Positions 29,204 to 32,000 of a stretch of DNA of 32,000 bases are shown here, in pieces. Position 1 is the first letter of the stretch. Each line of letters begins with the position of its first letter. The notes below the pieces were generated by a model. It was not told the DNA's origin, searched no databases, and saw only the letters and a list, made by a program, of their open reading frames with translations. The stretch is from Candidatus Brocadia sp. (GTDB lineage Bacteria > Planctomycetota > Brocadiia > Brocadiales > Brocadiaceae), in NCBI GenBank assembly GCA_021650915.1, contig CP091279.1, positions 2,370,001 to 2,402,000 of the forward strand, in the 5' to 3' direction. A program made the position numbers and the translations under genes.

Positions 29204-29822
29204 TTAACAGAGATTTCGTCTACCGCCAGTATGCGAAGATTCTGATAATCTGTCTGCGCGTATTGTCGTTCCAGAAAAAACGTATCGATGGTTTTTACGG
29301 TTTTCCAGTTAATTCCAAAATGTTTTGCAACTTCGGTTACGGTTAACACTTTACACAATTCGTGAATATACGCTGCTAAACGATGCGTAACACGACTGTA
29401 GGGTTGAAAAAACCCTAAGTCTTCAACTACGATTCTATTGTACGGCTCACAGGCAATCTTACGATACGAACAATTTATCCATACGCGAACTGAACCAGGA
29501 TTCAGATCCCGCAAAGATCGTTTGTCATGACGGTAAATGCGCTGTGCCTTGCTGCTACACGCATGACATATTGGACGAAATCGTTCATCGGGCACGGCAG
29601 TAAGCTGAGATATCTCAGCATCAGGAAAAACAGTTTGCTTCGTAATTCTTACCCGCTGAAAAGGAAAATATGGTAATATACTTAATGGGGACATTGCTGG
29701 TCTCCTGTAAATAGTTTCTATAACGGTATATATCTATCTATAGGAAACACCAAATGTCCACTCTTTTCAATGATTTAAAGGATTTTCTTCTCAATTCTTA
29801 TTGACTAATTGGGAGAAGAACC

Positions 29823-30978
29823 GGAATTAGAGAAGATACTCAGAGCGGGGAGTTACAGGGCAAAACCCGTCAAGAGGGTGTGGATACCGAAGATAGGAAG
29901 CAAGGAAAAGAGGCCATTAGGAATCCCCGTGGTCACCGACCGAATTGTGCAAACGGCGATGAGGAATGTAATGGAGCCGATATTTGAGAATACATTTGCA
30001 GAACAGAGTTACGGTTTTCGGCCAGGACGAGGATGTAAAGATGCGCTGAGGCGAGTGGAAGAACTCTTGAAGAATGGATACCCATGGGTAGTAGATGCAG
30101 ACATCAAGAGTTATTAATCGTCTCATAATAGAACACACATTAAGCTGTCCGTTTAGCGCTTCAATATTGGAGAAGGAAAGCATACGACGAATCAATACAA
30201 TTATGAGACCCTTAATACTTTGACAGTATTCCCCATGACAAGGTGATGGAAGAGGTGAAGGAACAGATAGCAGACGGAAGGATACTGGAGATGATAGAAG
30301 GGTATCTGAAGCAGGGGACAATGGACGGACTCAAAGAATGGGAAGCAGAGAAGGGGACACCACAGGGGGCGGTAATAAGTCCATTATTGGCGAACCTATA
30401 TCTAAGTAAGATAGACCACGAAATGGCAAGGCTGGGGCATGAGATGGTCAGGTATGCAGATGATAGCGTTATTCTGTGCAGAAATGAAGAAGAAGCAAAG
30501 AGGGCATTGGAAGAAATGAAAGGAATGCTCGAAGCAAGAGGGCTGACACTGCATCCAGAGAAGACCAAAATAGTAGATGCAACCCAAGAGGGAGGATTTG
30601 ACTTTCTGGGGTACCACTTTGAACGAGAGATGAGATGGCCACGCAAAAAAGAGTATGAATAAGTTCAAAGAGACTATCCGCCACAAGACAAGACGAACAT
30701 CAGGAGAGAGCATGAAATGTATAACAGGAGAACTCAACCAAAGTCTCAGAGGCTGGTATGAATACTTTAAACACAGCCACAAAACGACATTTCCAAGAAT
30801 AGACCGTTGGATACGAATGAGACTGAGGAGCATCCTGAGAAAGCGTCGGGGAGGGAAAGGAAGAGGCCGAGGTGCAGACCATCAGAGATGGCCAAATGCG
30901 TACTTTGCTAATCTTGGGTTGTTCACATTAACCGCAGCCCATGCATTAGCCTGTCAACCCCGAAGGGGTAACCACTGA
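29823..30978 (+). pseudogene. Group II intron reverse transcriptase/maturase, disrupted three ways
   Basis: …YRAKPVKRVWIPKIGSKEKRPLGIPVVTDRIVQTA…DADIKSY[MITE]FDSIPHDKVM…GTPQGAVISPLLANLYL…VRYADDSVILC…FLGYHF…. The three lesions are the N-terminal truncation, the 104-bp MITE plus TSD at 30114-30217, and a frameshift in the A6 run at 30645-30650 (RKK/SMNKFKETIRHKTRR). Confidence 0.88.
30114..30215 (-). mobile_element. 102-bp MITE, copy 2 (inverted relative to copy 1)
   Basis: TTAATCGTCTCATAAT…ATTATGAGACCCTTAA, flanked by TA (30112-30113, 30216-30217). It is 100/102 identical to copy 1. Confidence 0.88.
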
Positions 30979-30983
30979 CTGGA

Positions 30984-31052
30984 GAGCCGTATGCGGGAGA
31001 CCCGCCTGTACGGTTCGGAGGGAGGAGAGGCGAAAGCCTTTCCTACCCCTAT
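30984..31052 (+). ncRNA. Group II intron domains V and VI (ribozyme 3' portion)
   Basis: Domain V is GAGCCGTATGCGGGAGACCCGCCTGTACGGTTC (30984-31016). It has the AGC triad, a 9-bp lower helix, a 2-nt bulge and a GAGA-containing apical loop. Domain VI has a GAAA tetraloop (GGCGAAAGCC) and a bulged A before CCCCTAT. Confidence 0.75.
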
Positions 31053-31078
31053 CGCCGACGTAGCAGGCTGATTATGAT

Positions 31079-31414
31079 ATGAAAACAGCCGAAATTATGT
31101 TCAACAATAAAAGATATTTTTACGCCGTCTTTATGTGCCATCTGTCAATAGAGAAGGCTCTGAAGGGGCTTCATCAGGAGAGATTGAAAGAAATACCCCC
31201 AAAAGTTCATAATCTTATTTACTTGCTCAATAAAATTGGTATTAAACCTTCAGAACCTATTGGAAAATTTCTTGTAAAACTTAACGAAGACAGTATTGTT
31301 ACAAGATACCCAGAGGAACTGGACAAACTACAAAAGGATTTTACACAGTCCGTTGTAAAGGATATACTTTTGAGGAGCAAGGAGGCATTGGAATGGATAA
31401 AAAAGCAGTTTTAG
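31079..31414 (+). CDS. HEPN-domain protein (putative toxin of a HEPN/MNT pair), 111 aa
   Basis: Typical HEPN (PF05168-like) pattern: FYAVFMCHLSIEKALKGL…HNLIYLL…TRYPEE. It overlaps the downstream nucleotidyltransferase gene by 22 nt. Confidence 0.8.
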   Translation: MKTAEIMFNNKRYFYAVFMCHLSIEKALKGLHQERLKEIPPKVHNLIYLLNKIGIKPSEPIGKFLVKLNEDSIVTRYPEELDKLQKDFTQSVVKDILLRSKEALEWIKKQF

Positions 31415-31709
31415 GGATTTTGTCCCATTTTAGAAAAGCCCTGGAATCGAAAGGCACGAAGATAGACAAGCTGATACTGTACGGCTCTTATGCCACCGGT
31501 GCATACAAGGAAGGAAGCGATATTGATGTGATTGTTATCGCCAAAAACTTTTCAGGCAAGGATTATTGGGAGAGAATAGACATCCTCTCTGCTACCATTT
31601 ATGAGGTTTTCGAACCAATAGAAGCTGTTGCTATGACCCCGGAAGAATGGGAAAAAAAGAATCGCCAGTTGCAGATTACGTCAAAGGCGGCGAAGTTATC
31701 TATGGCTAA
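31393..31709 (+). pseudogene. Minimal nucleotidyltransferase (MNT, putative antitoxin) with a frameshift in an A7 run
   Basis: My own translation. MDKKAVLGILSHFRKALESKGTKIDKLILYGSYATGAYKEGSDIDVIVIAK… carries the GS-x10-DxD motif. After the A run at 31652-31658 the family-typical C-terminus ESPVADYVKGGEVIYG* is in the -1 frame (stop at 31707-31709). One extra A would restore it. Confidence 0.75.
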
Positions 31710-31716
31710 CGCAGCT

Positions 31717-32000
31717 ATGCCTCAGACTGAAGAAAAACACTCAAAACCACAGATTCCACCGATGATGCAGACTTTCCGGTTCGCTCAAAATTTTGCAACA
31801 ATACTTCTTCGTGGTATCAGCCAGGTATTTTTGCTGAATAATGTAATAACAGGCGTCTTTTTTCTGTCCGGAGTTTTTTATGCCTCCTGGCATATGGGGG
31901 TTGGGACGGTTATCGGGGCGCTGACGGGCACGCTTACTGCACTGATCCTGAAATATTCCAGGAACGAGATCAATCAGGGGCTCTATGGATACAATAGCAC
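31717..32000 (+). CDS. Urea transporter (UT family), 5' part; continues beyond the window
   Basis: My own translation. MPQTEEKHSKPQIPPMMQTFRFAQNFATILLRGISQVFLLNNVITGVFFLSGVFYASWHMGVGTVIGALTGTLTALIL…GLYGYNS matches the conserved N-terminal region of bacterial UT proteins. An alternative start is the ATG at 31702. Confidence 0.75.
   Translation, partial: MPQTEEKHSKPQIPPMMQTFRFAQNFATILLRGISQVFLLNNVITGVFFLSGVFYASWHMGVGTVIGALTGTLTALILKYSRNEINQGLYGYNS

Larger units (their letters stand above)
26481..29694 (-). pseudogene. ISL3-family transposase split by the IS1634-like insertion (otherwise an open ~404-aa frame)
   Basis: The N-terminal part (29694 down to 29204) ends …LAVDEISV. The C-terminal part (27196 down to 26481) resumes KKGQRYLTVVLDY…. 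The junction codons are exactly those that are contiguous in copy 1. Confidence 0.85.
26467..29822 (-). mobile_element. ISL3-family insertion sequence, copy 2, carrying a nested IS1634-like element
   Basis: It has the same 18-bp IRs as copy 1 (26467-26484 and 29805-29822). Its length minus the 2007-bp insert and the 4-bp TSD is 1345 bp. The 8-bp flanks (CCTTTTAG, GGAATTAG) do not match. Confidence 0.9.
29823..31052 (+). mobile_element. Group II intron remnant: 5'-truncated by ISL3 copy 2, with an intact 3' end
   Basis: It contains an RT/maturase ORF followed by domain V and domain VI, and ends …CCCCTAT at 31052. RNA domains I-III and about 50-60 N-terminal RT residues are missing. Confidence 0.85.

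Noticed and set aside
31393-32000. One continuous open frame that would fuse the MNT domain to the urea transporter
   Set aside because: The family-typical MNT C-terminus and stop are present in the -1 frame after an A7 run. The transporter has its own ATG (31717 or 31702). The fusion comes from the frameshift, not from a real multidomain protein.
1-32000. A possible CRISPR array, because there are many long repeats
   Set aside because: All long repeats resolve into IS, MITE or intron copies. There is no regular array of short direct repeats with unique spacers.

Overview
This 32-kb bacterial window is a mosaic, and about 45 percent of it is mobile-element DNA. That DNA sits in three clusters (377-6146, 14645-16153, 22592-31052), with ordinary chromosomal genes between them.

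Chromosomal genes:
- an AcoD/AldB-type aldehyde dehydrogenase
- a secreted protein with eight ~52-aa repeats
- two TPR proteins
- the futalosine-pathway genes mqnB and mqnD
- an ABC exporter
- tRNA-Leu(CAA)
- floA
- a bacteriohemerythrin
- an APC-family permease
- anmK
- a HEPN/MNT toxin-antitoxin pair
- the 5' end of a urea transporter

Mobile elements I could delimit from inverted repeats and target duplications:
- an IS1380-family element directly abutting a frameshifted IS4/IS5-like element
- two ISL3-family copies
- three IS1634-like copies: one full, one deletion derivative, one relic
- an IS66-family element inserted into an IS630-like remnant
- a 5'-truncated group II intron that still has domains V and VI
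- a 102-bp TA-flanked MITE in two near-identical copies, whose terminus matches the IS630-like remnant

The insertions are nested up to three deep. In four cases, removing the insert in silico restores the host reading frame, which supports the boundaries I give.

I found no CRISPR array and no rRNA. I also found no clear multi-gene novel system. The most interesting items are the MITE and its putative parent, a conserved unknown protein with an in-frame TGA, the eight-repeat secreted protein, and a 240-bp nested inverted-repeat element in a divergent promoter region.

The host cannot be identified from the sequence alone. The composition and gene set fit an environmental bacterium that makes menaquinone by the futalosine route.
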